64,000 nucleotides of DNA, taken from positions 9,995 to 73,994 of the forward strand of contig JAZDGR010000052.1 of assembly GCA_043806735.1 (NCBI GenBank), written 5' to 3'. Below, piece after piece: positions 44,735 through 54,502 of the stretch. Numbering within the stretch: the stretch's first letter is position 1; every line of letters starts with the position of its first letter. This DNA comes from a bacterium. Lineage in GTDB: Bacteria > Bacteroidota > Bacteroidia > Bacteroidales > FEN-979. The notes under the pieces are model-generated. The model had not been told where the DNA came from, did not search any database, and saw only the letters and a list, made by a program, of their open reading frames with translations. The translations under genes were made by a program, and so were the position numbers.

Positions 44735-45709
44735 TCAGCTTTTTCGCTCGGTCGTAAACAGGACCAACTGCTCCAGGGATTCACGGCAGGGGCCGGGCGG
44801 GAAGGTACGGATCAGTGAAATGGATTTATCGCGGTATTCCATCATCTTTTCCCGGGCATAATCGAGGCCTCCGCTTTGCCTGACTTTTTCCATCAGTTGC
44901 GCTACCCTTTCGGGATTGGTATTATGGTTCTTCACGGTATTGATGATCCATCTCTTTTCTGTGAAAGGGGTATTATTGAGCAGGTAAATCAGGGGCAGCG
45001 TCATTTTCTGGTCTTTGATGTCGATGCCGTTTGGTTTTCCTGTAATTTTCCCGGATGCATAATCAAACAGGTCGTCCTTTATCTGGAAAGCGATCCCGGT
45101 ATATTCTCCAAACAGGCGCATCCGTTCTACCGTTTCGTCATTGGCACCTGCGGATGCCGCGCCCGAAGCACAACAGGAAGCAATCAGGGATGCTGTTTTC
45201 TTCCGGATGATTTCGAAATAGATCTCTTCCCGGATGTCTAGTCTGCGTGCTTTCTCGATCTGCAAAAGCTCCCCTTCGCTCATCTCCTTCACGGCCCGGG
45301 AAACGATCTTCAGGAGACTGAATTCATTCTTTTCAAGGGACAGGAGCATCCCCCGGGAAAGTAAAAAGTCGCCGACCAGCACGGCAATTTTATTCTTCCA
45401 AAGGGCATTGACCGAAAAAAAACCCCTTCGCATATTCGAGTCATCCACCACATCGTCGTGGACCAGGGTAGCAGTATGAAGCATTTCAATCAGGGATGCC
45501 GCCACATAAGTGCTCTCACTCACCTCTCCGCAGACCCGGGCAGACAAAAAGACAAACACCGGACGAATCTGTTTCCCTTTTCTCCGGATGATGTAGTTCG
45601 TAATGGTATCAAGCAGGAGAACCTGGCTTTTCATATAGTCTTTGAACTTGCCGTTAAAAATTTCGAGGTATTCGGCAACAGGAGCTTTGATCTGTTCTAA
45701 AGACTGCAT
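44735..45709 (-). CDS. ispB: polyprenyl diphosphate synthase (IspB-like)
   Basis: 324 aa with two Asp-rich motifs: LVHDDVVDDSNMRRG and FQIKDDLFDY. Confidence 0.85.
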   Translation of the reverse strand: MQSLEQIKAPVAEYLEIFNGKFKDYMKSQVLLLDTITNYIIRRKGKQIRPVFVFLSARVCGEVSESTYVAASLIEMLHTATLVHDDVVDDSNMRRGFFSVNALWKNKIAVLVGDFLLSRGMLLSLEKNEFSLLKIVSRAVKEMSEGELLQIEKARRLDIREEIYFEIIRKKTASLIASCCASGAASAGANDETVERMRLFGEYTGIAFQIKDDLFDYASGKITGKPNGIDIKDQKMTLPLIYLLNNTPFTEKRWIINTVKNHNTNPERVAQLMEKVRQSGGLDYAREKMMEYRDKSISLIRTFPPGPCRESLEQLVLFTTERKS

Positions 45710-45806
45710 CGGTACCGGATTGGTGTGTAAAAATAAGGATAATTCAACAGGTAACTATAGGATTATCCTGATAAAAATAAGAATTTTGCAGCCTAACCTC
45801 AATCTG

Positions 45807-46586
45807 ATGGCGGGATTCCTGTTTCATGAAGTGGTCTTCGGTCCGGTCCGCAGCCGGCGACTCGGACTCTCCCTGGGCATAAACCTGTTACCTACGCACT
45901 CCAAATATTGTTCTTTTAACTGCATCTACTGTGAATGCGGCTGGACACCGCCCGTCTCGGGAACCCTTCCGGAAATCCCCTCACGGGAAGAGGTTTTCTG
46001 GTACCTGGAAAAACAGCTTAAGGAATTGAAAGAGGAGGATTACCTCCCCGATGCAATCACTTTTGCCGGGAACGGTGAGCCCACGATCCATCCCGGTTTC
46101 CCGCAGATCGTAGAGGATACGATCTCTTTGAGAAACCTCTATGCGCCTGACGCAAAGGTGACTGTGCTGTCCAATGCCAGTTTGCTTAACAGGGAAGAAG
46201 TTTTCAGGGCGTTGCTCAGGCTGGACCACAACATCCAGAAACTCGATGCCGGAAGTGATCGGATTTTTCGCCTGATGAACAATCCGGTTGAACCTGTCAG
46301 GTTAGAAGAACTGGTAAACAACCTGAAACGGTTTCACGGGAACGTAATCATCCAGTCGATGTTCCTGCGCGGGATCTATAAAGGAGAGGAGGTCGACAAT
46401 ACCACAGATGAAGAGGTTTCAAAGTGGCTGAATCACCTGCAGGAGATCACCCCGAAATCGGTTATGATCTATCCGGTAGCCCGTGCTACTCCGGTTCATA
46501 CCCTGGAAAAAATCCCTATCTTTACCTTGGAAAAAATCGCGGAAAAAGTCCGGGCAGCCGGGTTAAAGGTTGAAGTCTATCAGTGA
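45807..46586 (+). CDS. radical SAM protein
   Basis: Start moved to MAGFLFHEVVFGPVRSRRLG. CxxxCxxC cluster in YCSFNCIYCECGW. About 259 aa. Confidence 0.75.
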   Translation: MAGFLFHEVVFGPVRSRRLGLSLGINLLPTHSKYCSFNCIYCECGWTPPVSGTLPEIPSREEVFWYLEKQLKELKEEDYLPDAITFAGNGEPTIHPGFPQIVEDTISLRNLYAPDAKVTVLSNASLLNREEVFRALLRLDHNIQKLDAGSDRIFRLMNNPVEPVRLEELVNNLKRFHGNVIIQSMFLRGIYKGEEVDNTTDEEVSKWLNHLQEITPKSVMIYPVARATPVHTLEKIPIFTLEKIAEKVRAAGLKVEVYQ

Positions 46587-46600
46587 AAAACCAATAACCA

Positions 46601-47005
46601 ATGACTTTTTACTATCCAGCTAAGATCTGGCTTGCTTTCGGTGAAACCTTCGCCGGGAATCAGAAAATTGTGGACTGGTTAATTCACAACGGTTATCCCG
46701 AAGTAGCAGCTTTGTCGCATGCCATGAGAGGCAGCGACGAGGCGTTTACCTGGCTTATGACCCACGGTTTCCTGCACCTGGCTGCGCTTGACAGCGCCGT
46801 TACCTCGGAAGATCCGAAAGCGTATCAATGGCTCAAGGACAATAAACATCTTTTCCTCATTGTCTTTGCCGATGCCTGCCGCGGGAAACCGATATCTATT
46901 GCCTGGTTCCGGAAGCATAAGTTAGATGGATTCCTGCTGATTGCAATGAGGATCAAATCATTTTGCGATAATCAAACCCATGACTATCACAAAAAGCGGT
47001 TTTAA
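46601..47005 (+). CDS. hypothetical protein with two internal W-L-x2-[NH]-G-[YF]-x2-[VL]-A-A-L repeats
   Basis: 134 aa. DWLIHNGYPEVAALSHA and TWLMTHGFLHLAALDSA are followed by a third partial repeat, YQWLKDN. I recognise no family. Confidence 0.4.
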   Translation: MTFYYPAKIWLAFGETFAGNQKIVDWLIHNGYPEVAALSHAMRGSDEAFTWLMTHGFLHLAALDSAVTSEDPKAYQWLKDNKHLFLIVFADACRGKPISIAWFRKHKLDGFLLIAMRIKSFCDNQTHDYHKKRF

Positions 47006-47014
47006 CACCCGGGA

Positions 47015-49693
47015 TTAGCTGCAGCGGGAGTAATCGCAGTGGCGGCAGCGGACACACCCCTCCTCGTATACAAGGCCGTCTTTCTGGTGGCATTTCGGGC
47101 AATCGTGTTCGGCGGCTTTGGTACCGTCGGGGATGAACTTCTTCAGCGCACGTTCCACGCCATTTTTCCAGGTATTGATGGAATCCACCTCAAAATGGAG
47201 TTTGGATATGATGTTGACCACAAAGGGAAGCGGCATCCCATGACGGAGGATCCCGGAGATCAGTTTGGCATAGTTCCAGTATTCCTTGTCAAATGACCGG
47301 GAGAGTCCTTCGATGGTGATCTTGTATCCCTGGCGATCTTCAAACTGGAAGTCGTAACGCGACTGGATGCTGTCGGGGCGACTTTTGACGATCCATCCTT
47401 TCTGCACCCAGGTGGGTACCCAGAAATCGTCGGAGAGTCCGGTGAAGATTTCATAGGGCCTTCCGTTGAGCAATCCGACTACGGCCACCCATTTTTCTTT
47501 GTCGTTTTGGAACCGTACGATCTCGGCTTCCAGCTTATCGGGCCGGTGAGGAGCCTTTGTTTCCCTGAATTCGTCGAACTCCATTTTTTCCTCTTCCTTG
47601 TTGACCAATACTCCTGCACGTGATCCGTCGCGGTACACGGTCATCCCTTTGCATCCGCTCTTCCAGGCTGTTTCATAAATCGTACCAATCAGTTCCTTGG
47701 GGGTATCTTTCGGCACATTCACCGTTACGCTTATGGAATGGTCGACCCATTGTTGAACGGCTCCCTGCATTTTTACTTTGGCGATCCAGTCGACATCGTT
47801 AGCGGTAGCCCGGTGGAACGGGGATTTTTTGATGACATCCTTCACCTCCTTATCGCTCCAATGGGATACTTCGTCTACTTTATATCCATTGGTTTCGAGC
47901 CAGGTGACGAAATTATGGTGGAACACATTGTACTCTTCCCAGGTATCTCCCACTTCATCCGTAAAAGTGATCACTACATTCTTGTCATTGGGATTCACTT
48001 TGCGGCGACGTTTGTAAGAGACGGCAAAGACGGGTTCCAGGCCGGAGGTTGTCTGCGTGAGAATGCTCACCGAGCCGGTGGGGGCAATCGTCAGCAGCGC
48101 GATATTCCGGCGACCCCATTTTTTCATGTCCTCATAAAGTTCAGGATCGGCGTCTTTCAGCCGGAGGATAAAGGGGTTGTTCTTTTCCCGTCCCGTATCA
48201 TAAATGGGGAACGGGCCTCTTTCCATTGCCATGGTAACGGAAGAACGGTAGGCTTCGATGGCGAGGATCTTATGGACTTCAACTGAAAAGTCGATGGCTT
48301 CCTCGGAGCCGTACCGGGTGCCGAGAGCTGCCAGCATATCTCCTTCGGCAGTGATTCCAAATCCGGTTCTTCTTCCCTGAATGGCTTTCTTTTTGACGTT
48401 GAGCCAGAGGGTACGTTCGCGGGCCTTGATCTCTTCGAGTTCGGGATCCTGGTCGATCTTCTCCAGGATCTTATCGATCTTCTCCAGCTCAAGGTCTATG
48501 ACATCATCCATGATGCACTGGGCTTTATGGACATGTTCGATGAAGAGCTCCGAGTTAAAATAGGCATCCTGAGTGAACGGATTTGCCACATAATTGTACA
48601 GGTTGATGGCCAGAAGGCGGCAACTGTCATACGTACAGAGGGGGATCTCTCCGCAGGGATTGGTGGAAACGGTTTTGAAGCCCAGGTCGGCATAACAGTC
48701 AGGGATCGACTCCCGCTGGATGGTATCCCAGAATAGGATTCCCGGTTCAGCCGATTTCCAGGCGTTATGTACGATCTTGCTCCAGAGGTCCCGGGCGCGG
48801 ATGGTTTTTGTTACCGTAGGTTCTGTCGACTCGACCGGATATTTCTGGGTAAATTCCCCATCATGGATCACCGCCTTCATGAAATCGTCGGTAATTTTCA
48901 CGGAAATGTTTGCACCTGTCACTTTCCCGACTTCCAGCTTGGCATCGATAAAATGCTCGGCATCGGGGTGAACAATGGATATACTAAGCATCAGGGCTCC
49001 CCGTCTTCCCTCCTGGGCGACTTCCCGGGTTGAATTGGAATACCGTTCCATGAAGGGGACAATGCCGGTTGAGGTGAGCGCGCTGTTTTTCACCATGCTG
49101 TACTTCGGCCGGATGTGCGAAAGGTCGTGGCCGACGCCTCCCCGGCGTTTCATCAGCTGAACCTGTTCCTCGTCGGTCTTCAGGATCCCGCCATAGGAAT
49201 CGGCAAGCCCTTCGTTCCCGATCACAAAACAGTTGGAAAGAGAACCAATCTGAAAATTGTTGCCTATTCCTGCCATGGGGCTTCCCTGAGGTACGATGTA
49301 CCGGAAGTCGCGGATCAGTTCGAAGATCTCCTCTTCGCTCATCGGATTGGGGTACTTGCGCTCAATCCGTGCGATTTCCCCGGCAATCCTGCGATGCATG
49401 GCATCCGGAGTCAGCTCGTAAAGGTTCCCTTCCGAATCTTTCAAGGCATATTTGTTGGCCCAGACACTTGCGGCCAGACTGTCGCCCCGGAAATATTCCG
49501 TCGATTTCGCCAGGACTTCATCAAAGGAATATTTTTTCCGTCCGGGTTCCTTTTTGGGCTCCTTTGGTTCCATTTTTTCCTTCATCTCCAAAGCATCAAT
49601 CGTTAGTTTAGGCCTGATCCTCTTGTTTAATACTTCGTTATAATAGGTCGTCTCCGTTCCCTGTTGCGTCTTAACGATGGGAGCATCTTCCAT
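47015..49693 (-). CDS. nrdJ: class II (adenosylcobalamin-dependent) ribonucleotide reductase
   Basis: 892 aa. RNR barrel blocks (SNCFV, TNPCGEIPL) and a C-terminal Cys4 zinc ribbon CPKCHQKDGLVYEEGCVRCRHCDYSRC. Length and layout fit the monomeric/dimeric NrdJ of Bacteroidota. Confidence 0.85.
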   Translation of the reverse strand: MEDAPIVKTQQGTETTYYNEVLNKRIRPKLTIDALEMKEKMEPKEPKKEPGRKKYSFDEVLAKSTEYFRGDSLAASVWANKYALKDSEGNLYELTPDAMHRRIAGEIARIERKYPNPMSEEEIFELIRDFRYIVPQGSPMAGIGNNFQIGSLSNCFVIGNEGLADSYGGILKTDEEQVQLMKRRGGVGHDLSHIRPKYSMVKNSALTSTGIVPFMERYSNSTREVAQEGRRGALMLSISIVHPDAEHFIDAKLEVGKVTGANISVKITDDFMKAVIHDGEFTQKYPVESTEPTVTKTIRARDLWSKIVHNAWKSAEPGILFWDTIQRESIPDCYADLGFKTVSTNPCGEIPLCTYDSCRLLAINLYNYVANPFTQDAYFNSELFIEHVHKAQCIMDDVIDLELEKIDKILEKIDQDPELEEIKARERTLWLNVKKKAIQGRRTGFGITAEGDMLAALGTRYGSEEAIDFSVEVHKILAIEAYRSSVTMAMERGPFPIYDTGREKNNPFILRLKDADPELYEDMKKWGRRNIALLTIAPTGSVSILTQTTSGLEPVFAVSYKRRRKVNPNDKNVVITFTDEVGDTWEEYNVFHHNFVTWLETNGYKVDEVSHWSDKEVKDVIKKSPFHRATANDVDWIAKVKMQGAVQQWVDHSISVTVNVPKDTPKELIGTIYETAWKSGCKGMTVYRDGSRAGVLVNKEEEKMEFDEFRETKAPHRPDKLEAEIVRFQNDKEKWVAVVGLLNGRPYEIFTGLSDDFWVPTWVQKGWIVKSRPDSIQSRYDFQFEDRQGYKITIEGLSRSFDKEYWNYAKLISGILRHGMPLPFVVNIISKLHFEVDSINTWKNGVERALKKFIPDGTKAAEHDCPKCHQKDGLVYEEGCVRCRHCDYSRCS

Positions 49694-49926
49694 GTACAGC
49701 CCGTGTTAACTTGTTTAACTTAATTTAATTGACTGATTAACCGTATTTTAATAAAACCCCGGGGGGAATTTTTCAGATGCAAGATACTACGAAGAAACGT
49801 CTATAGGGAGAATTTTTATTAACAGAAACAGAGAAGTTATCCCTAATAGACTGACTTCAAAAAACATAGGGCTTAATAAGTCATAAAAAGTCACTTCGCA
49901 TTGTTAAGTTGCTCAATTTCTGTGAG

Positions 49927-50364
49927 TTAACTGGAAGCGCCCCATAGTAGCTTCCTTCCGAAGCCCAGACGGTTATCCGTGAGCTTGATCAACGAGGGTT
50001 CCACCCCCCAGAGAACCAGTTTTGCCAGTCTGGCTACCGGGAATCTTGACAGGTACTCCCGTTTTGCCTGTCGCAATTCGGTTCCCTCCAGTTTTCTCAT
50101 GGTTCCCGAAAACTGGATTCCGCGTATTTTTCCGGTTATTTTGGTTTCGAGGGCGATGGTCCCGGAAACCTGTGTGTGGCCGCAGGCCAGGAACTCTTTG
50201 ATATGCCGCGTATCGGCATCCGAGGTGAAGACGAACAGGTTCCTGTCGGGCAGGTAACAATAGAAACAGGAAGCACACCAGGGTATGTTTTTATGGCTGA
50301 CTGCCAATGTCAACACATGGTGCTGCTGAATAAAGGTGAGGATTCGCGGATTGACGGGCTCCAT
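49927..50364 (-). CDS. pyridoxamine 5'-phosphate oxidase-like FMN-binding fold protein (YhbP/UPF0306-like)
   Basis: 145 aa. FIQQHHVLTLAV...PWCASCFY...LFVFTSDADTRH resembles the YhbP family. Confidence 0.5.
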   Translation of the reverse strand: MEPVNPRILTFIQQHHVLTLAVSHKNIPWCASCFYCYLPDRNLFVFTSDADTRHIKEFLACGHTQVSGTIALETKITGKIRGIQFSGTMRKLEGTELRQAKREYLSRFPVARLAKLVLWGVEPSLIKLTDNRLGFGRKLLWGASS

Positions 50365-50367
50365 TTG

Positions 50368-53300
50368 TCAGAAATCAAGACTGAGTGAGAAATAAAAGAT
50401 CGGCTTCCGGATATGCCCGTCTTCCACCCCCCAGGCGAGGTCGGCTCTCAGGAAGTACCCCAATAGGCGGGTGCGGAGGCCGCCGCCGAATCCACCCACC
50501 AGCGGATCTTTGATCATCTCGACCTGGATAAACAGGGGATTGCGGTAGATGTATTTTTTGAAGAGCTGATTGTCCTCCGACCAGGGGCTGATTCCGGTCC
50601 AGGCAGTTCCCAGGTCCCCGAATGCTACGACCTGAAAGTTGTTGAGGAAGTCGGACCGGATCGGCCGGTTGAAGAAATAGCGGAATACCGGTAAGCGGAT
50701 CTCGCTGTTGATCACGAAGAAGCTGTTCCCGTTCCGGATGTTCTGTTGAAATCCGCGTAGGTTGGTCGCGAGGGTTTGGAAAACATAATTTTGATCGAAG
50801 GCCACCGGGGTATTCATGTCAAACCGTGGCCAGAGCCAGTTATCCACCCCTCCCATGTAGTAGACCAGTTTGTTGCTTCCGAAAGAAGTAGAAGCCGCCA
50901 GGCGGTTCGCCCAGATCATGGTGCGGTGGATCTTCTGGTAGTGGCGGATATCCATCCCCAGGATAAAGACGTTGTTCCCCGGTTTGTTTACCGTCTGGTA
51001 GTATTCACCGAAGAATTTGTATCGGGTGCCATAATAAAGGTTGACTCCGTAATTCCGGGTGTTGTCATAGGTTAGTTCTCCTTTCAGGCTACCCCATATC
51101 GTATTCACATCAGGTTGCTTGAGGTTTAGTTGGTCGGTTGAGAGATAGACCGCCCGGTCGTAACGGATGGAGGCGGTTCCGCTGACATTCAGGACCGGGG
51201 TGAAGGGATACTTTGCGATGTAATAGAGTTCATTGACCTTGTGCCGGATATAGGAATAGACACCAAACTCATCCACCCCTATGCGGTGATAGATGATCTG
51301 TTGATCGAGCCGGCGTTTGCAGTTCAGATAACTGAAAATGTATTCATTGTTCACCAGGTCGAAATTGAGCCGTACACCGCCTGAGATCCGGTAATCTTCC
51401 ATCAGGTCGGTCACCCCGACCATAAACAGCACATTCAGCCCGGGATTGATAAACACCGGCTGTAGTCCGCCGCTAAAAGGCTGATAGGAAGTGTTGAGAT
51501 AGGTAAAGTCGATCTGCGTGACCATCTCATCGATCGCGTATTCCACATTGTAATTCAGCGCCTTCGCCTGTTTGTACTTATTCAGGGTATCTTGGACAGG
51601 GGTGTTCAGCAGGGTCATCAGGGAGGTGGTATCCTGTGGCGTTCTGATCATTCCGTGTTTCTTCTGAAGCATCTTCAGATAGGAACTATCCCGTGCATCC
51701 GCCGGCTGGAGGTCCCCGATGACATCGCTCAGCAGTACCGTGCGAAAATGCTTTTTCCCGGGCTTTGCAATAATTTCAATCGGTTTGATGACCGTATCCC
51801 CTTTGCTGATGGCTTCCTGCAATTCCACCTTTTTCCGCTCACGGTCCATAAATGTGGTCGGTTTGAGCGTGGCGGAAGAGACCTGTCCGGGCAACATCAT
51901 ATCCATCCGGTACATCCGTGAATATTGCTGGCCGACCACTACCTCCCCGATTCCGGCCGCGGCCAGGGAGAGGTCCTGTTCCACGATGTTTCGTTTGTAG
52001 TTGGTGACGGGAAAGGCGGTGGTGAAGTAGCGGTAATGGGTCGCTGTATCAATGTAGGAAATGACGGAGTCGAACCTGGCCAGGTAACGGTTGTAGATCC
52101 CGTTTTCATCACTGAGGTAACAGAACAATCCGTCGGCATAAGGCATGGGTTGGATCTCATTGGCCAGGGGGGTATGGGTGATCCGTTTCAGAAGCGGACT
52201 TTTCGCCCGGTAATTGTAAACAAAGATGTCGTTAATAAATGTCAATTTTTCAAGGTCCACTTCCGGATAAAATCTGACGGTATCACTCACCCGGTTGGAG
52301 GAGAAGATGATCTCCCCCGATCCCGGAAGGAACCTGGGATTGAAGTCATCGTAGACGTCGTTGGTCAGTTGCTCATGCGATCCGGCCGCGATGTTGTAAA
52401 CAAAGATATCGGATTTGCCCTTTTGCACGGCCGAGAAAGCCAGCAGGGCCCCGTCGCCCGAATATCCCATGTCGAGGATCTTCTGGAAGTTGTAAAGGAT
52501 CTGGTGGTCGAACAGTTTCTCTTCCACGTTGTAGAAGTAAAGCCAGTTTTCTCCTTTCCGTTCGGTCAGGATAGCCAGGATCTTTCCTGACGGGTGCCAG
52601 GCGAGGAAAGGGAAGGTGTAATCGGGACGTTCGGCGAGCCGGTATCCGGCGCGGTAAATCCGTTTCTTTTTCCCGGTCTCGATATCCAGCAGGTAAACCT
52701 TATAAATACCCAGTTCGTGGGTGGTATAGGCGACGATCCGGCTGTCGGGACTCAGTTTGAGCTGCCGGTAAACGCGGTTGGGCTTGTATTTCCGGTTGAG
52801 AAGCTGCCCAACCGGATTGGTCCTGTCAAAATCCTGGGTGCTGTAAAGGGCCTGGTAGTAAGCCAGCCAGTCATCTAGCAACGTCTTGTAAGGCAAACCC
52901 ACCACATAGAGGAATCCCTTTTCGATGTTCCGGCTCAGCCGGGCCATATAGACAATATTGGGGATGGCCGCTTCGCCGTATCTCACGGAAATATAATGCC
53001 AGAGGGAGTGTCCGGCCCAGGTGGCTTCAATGCCGGTGAGCCGGTTGAATTTCCGGTATTTTCCTCCCAACACGGCATCCCTGACAATGTTGTCCACTTC
53101 CGTATTCCATTTGGTGGAGATGTAGGAGATCAGTCCGTTCATGTACCATTCGGGCATGGTAAAGAGAGCGTTGTTTTTAATCTGGGCCCCGATGCCGGTT
53201 CCGTACATCATCTGGTTCAGGATCACAGTGGCGATGCCCGAGCGGATCTGCTCCTCGAAATGGGCATAATCCCCGTCGAAATAGAGCATGACACGGCCGC

Positions 53301-53721
53301 CGACGATCCGGGTAACCCCGCCCGTGTTGTAAGTATCCCAGTCGCCGTACAATCCGATGTTGCTTTGCTTCAGATCCGACAAGTTGTTGAAAATGATGAA
53401 CTGGATCTTATCCTCCAGTCCCGACTGCAGCATCAGCTCGATCTCCCGGATGTGCTGGTCGGCATATTCGGCCGTAAACTGTGCCAATTCCTTTCCGTTG
53501 AGGTAATAATAGGTGTCAAATTTGTCGAACCGGAAATAGGTCCAGAAGAAGTCGTTAAACTGCACCCGGCTCTTCCCGAAATTGAGCTGGGAGCCGTTGT
53601 AAAACTGGGCATGTAGAGAAGGAAGAAGGAAGAGGGAAGCGGGAAGAGGGAAGAGGGAAGAAGTAAGAAGAACAGTACGGAGAACGACAGTGAAAAGTCG
53701 GTGGTTTCTTTTTCCAGGCAT
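50368..53721 (-). CDS. large outer-membrane protein: N-terminal peptidase-MA-like region, TolB-like beta-propeller, C-terminal Omp85/BamA-like barrel
   Basis: Start moved to MPGKRNHRLFTVVLRTVLL, which gives a signal peptide. TolB-like repeats: SPDSRIVAYTT, WHPSGKILAI, YSGDGALLAFSAV...SDIFVYN, PGSGEIIFSSNR. The C-terminus ...IFYFSLSLDF ends in an OMP beta-signal Phe. Confidence 0.55.
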   Translation of the reverse strand: MPGKRNHRLFTVVLRTVLLTSSLFPLPASLFLLPSLHAQFYNGSQLNFGKSRVQFNDFFWTYFRFDKFDTYYYLNGKELAQFTAEYADQHIREIELMLQSGLEDKIQFIIFNNLSDLKQSNIGLYGDWDTYNTGGVTRIVGGRVMLYFDGDYAHFEEQIRSGIATVILNQMMYGTGIGAQIKNNALFTMPEWYMNGLISYISTKWNTEVDNIVRDAVLGGKYRKFNRLTGIEATWAGHSLWHYISVRYGEAAIPNIVYMARLSRNIEKGFLYVVGLPYKTLLDDWLAYYQALYSTQDFDRTNPVGQLLNRKYKPNRVYRQLKLSPDSRIVAYTTHELGIYKVYLLDIETGKKKRIYRAGYRLAERPDYTFPFLAWHPSGKILAILTERKGENWLYFYNVEEKLFDHQILYNFQKILDMGYSGDGALLAFSAVQKGKSDIFVYNIAAGSHEQLTNDVYDDFNPRFLPGSGEIIFSSNRVSDTVRFYPEVDLEKLTFINDIFVYNYRAKSPLLKRITHTPLANEIQPMPYADGLFCYLSDENGIYNRYLARFDSVISYIDTATHYRYFTTAFPVTNYKRNIVEQDLSLAAAGIGEVVVGQQYSRMYRMDMMLPGQVSSATLKPTTFMDRERKKVELQEAISKGDTVIKPIEIIAKPGKKHFRTVLLSDVIGDLQPADARDSSYLKMLQKKHGMIRTPQDTTSLMTLLNTPVQDTLNKYKQAKALNYNVEYAIDEMVTQIDFTYLNTSYQPFSGGLQPVFINPGLNVLFMVGVTDLMEDYRISGGVRLNFDLVNNEYIFSYLNCKRRLDQQIIYHRIGVDEFGVYSYIRHKVNELYYIAKYPFTPVLNVSGTASIRYDRAVYLSTDQLNLKQPDVNTIWGSLKGELTYDNTRNYGVNLYYGTRYKFFGEYYQTVNKPGNNVFILGMDIRHYQKIHRTMIWANRLAASTSFGSNKLVYYMGGVDNWLWPRFDMNTPVAFDQNYVFQTLATNLRGFQQNIRNGNSFFVINSEIRLPVFRYFFNRPIRSDFLNNFQVVAFGDLGTAWTGISPWSEDNQLFKKYIYRNPLFIQVEMIKDPLVGGFGGGLRTRLLGYFLRADLAWGVEDGHIRKPIFYFSLSLDF
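53617..53672. repeat. purine/pyrimidine heptanucleotide array, 8 units (AGARGGA-like), encoding the signal-peptide core of the Omp85-like protein
   Basis: Plus strand: agaagga agaagga agaggga agcggga agaggga agaggga agaagta agaagaa. The coding strand is read as LLTSSLFPLPASLFLLPS, followed by LHAQ. Confidence 0.85.
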
Positions 53722-53779
53722 AGACGGTCGACGGGATCTGGGGTAAAATAGAAGTGTAAAGGTACAGGAAAAAATCAAT

Positions 53780-53814
53780 CCCCCTCCCCAACCCCTCCCC
53801 AAGAAGGGAGGGGC
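53780..53814. repeat. C/G-run palindromic element in the divergent promoter region
   Basis: Sequence tccccctccccaacccctccccaagaagggaggggc. An 8-bp stem forms between cccctccc (53792-53799) and gggagggg (53806-53813). It produces the spurious N-terminal extension MGRGWGGG in the tracked ORF. Confidence 0.7.
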
Positions 53815-53832
53815 TAATTAACCTCCTTTCTT

Positions 53833-53840
53833 TATCTTTG
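53833..53840 (+). promoter_or_regulatory. Bacteroidota -7 box TATCTTTG upstream of the MBL-fold hydrolase
   Basis: Matches TAnnTTTG and ends 23 nt before the ATG at 53864. Confidence 0.45.
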
Positions 53841-53863
53841 CTTCCTCAAAAATATCCTACCGG

Positions 53864-54502
53864 ATGATCACGATCAAAACCCTTGTTGTTAATTCGTTCA
53901 TGGTGAACGCGTATGTGTTGTACGACGAAACCCTGGAAGCCATCCTGGTGGATGCTTCCTGTGCCGACCGGCAGGATGAGAACCGCCTGGCGGAGTTCCT
54001 GGAAACACATCATCTGAAGCCTATGCGGAACATCAACACGCACTGCCATGTCGATCATGTGCTGGGGAATGATTTCATCGAGCGGAAATATGGTCTCCTT
54101 CCCGAGTGCCATCAGGCAGGAATCCCTTTTGTCTTCCGGGCCAAGGATATCGCAGCCACATTTGGATTTGTTTTATCTCATATCCCGCATCCCGTATCCT
54201 TTCTGCAGGATGGGGACATTATCACGTGGGGGAACTCCGGTCTGCAGGTCCTGTACACCCCGGGTCATGCTGATGGCAGCGTATGCCTGTTCAGCAAGGA
54301 GCAGGGATTTGTTCTGACGGGCGATGTACTGTTCCGCGATTCGATCGGACGGACCGATTTTCCCACCGGGGATTTCGACCTGCTGATGAACAGCATCCGC
54401 GAGAAATTGTTTACCTTACCCGATAGTACCGTGGTGTACCCGGGTCATGGTCCGGAAACGGAAATCGGGTATGAGAAACGAAATAATCCGTTTATCCTAT
54501 AA
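53864..54502 (+). CDS. MBL-fold metallo-hydrolase (glyoxalase II-like)
   Basis: 212 aa. It has the HxHxDH motif THCHVDH, then TPGHADGS and VYPGHG. Confidence 0.85.
   Translation: MITIKTLVVNSFMVNAYVLYDETLEAILVDASCADRQDENRLAEFLETHHLKPMRNINTHCHVDHVLGNDFIERKYGLLPECHQAGIPFVFRAKDIAATFGFVLSHIPHPVSFLQDGDIITWGNSGLQVLYTPGHADGSVCLFSKEQGFVLTGDVLFRDSIGRTDFPTGDFDLLMNSIREKLFTLPDSTVVYPGHGPETEIGYEKRNNPFIL

Noticed and set aside
49694-49926. Cobalamin riboswitch or NrdR boxes in the 233-nt leader of nrdJ
   Set aside because: I read both strands. I could not find a B12-box-like core (GCCACTG-type) or a pair of NrdR-type palindromes. Only a trivial CCCCGGGG palindrome is present, so no call was made.
53722-53802. 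N-terminal extension MGRGWGGGLIF... of the Omp85-like ORF
   Set aside because: The extension is the translation of the C/G-run palindromic repeat. The internal Met at 53721 gives a normal basic-hydrophobic signal peptide.
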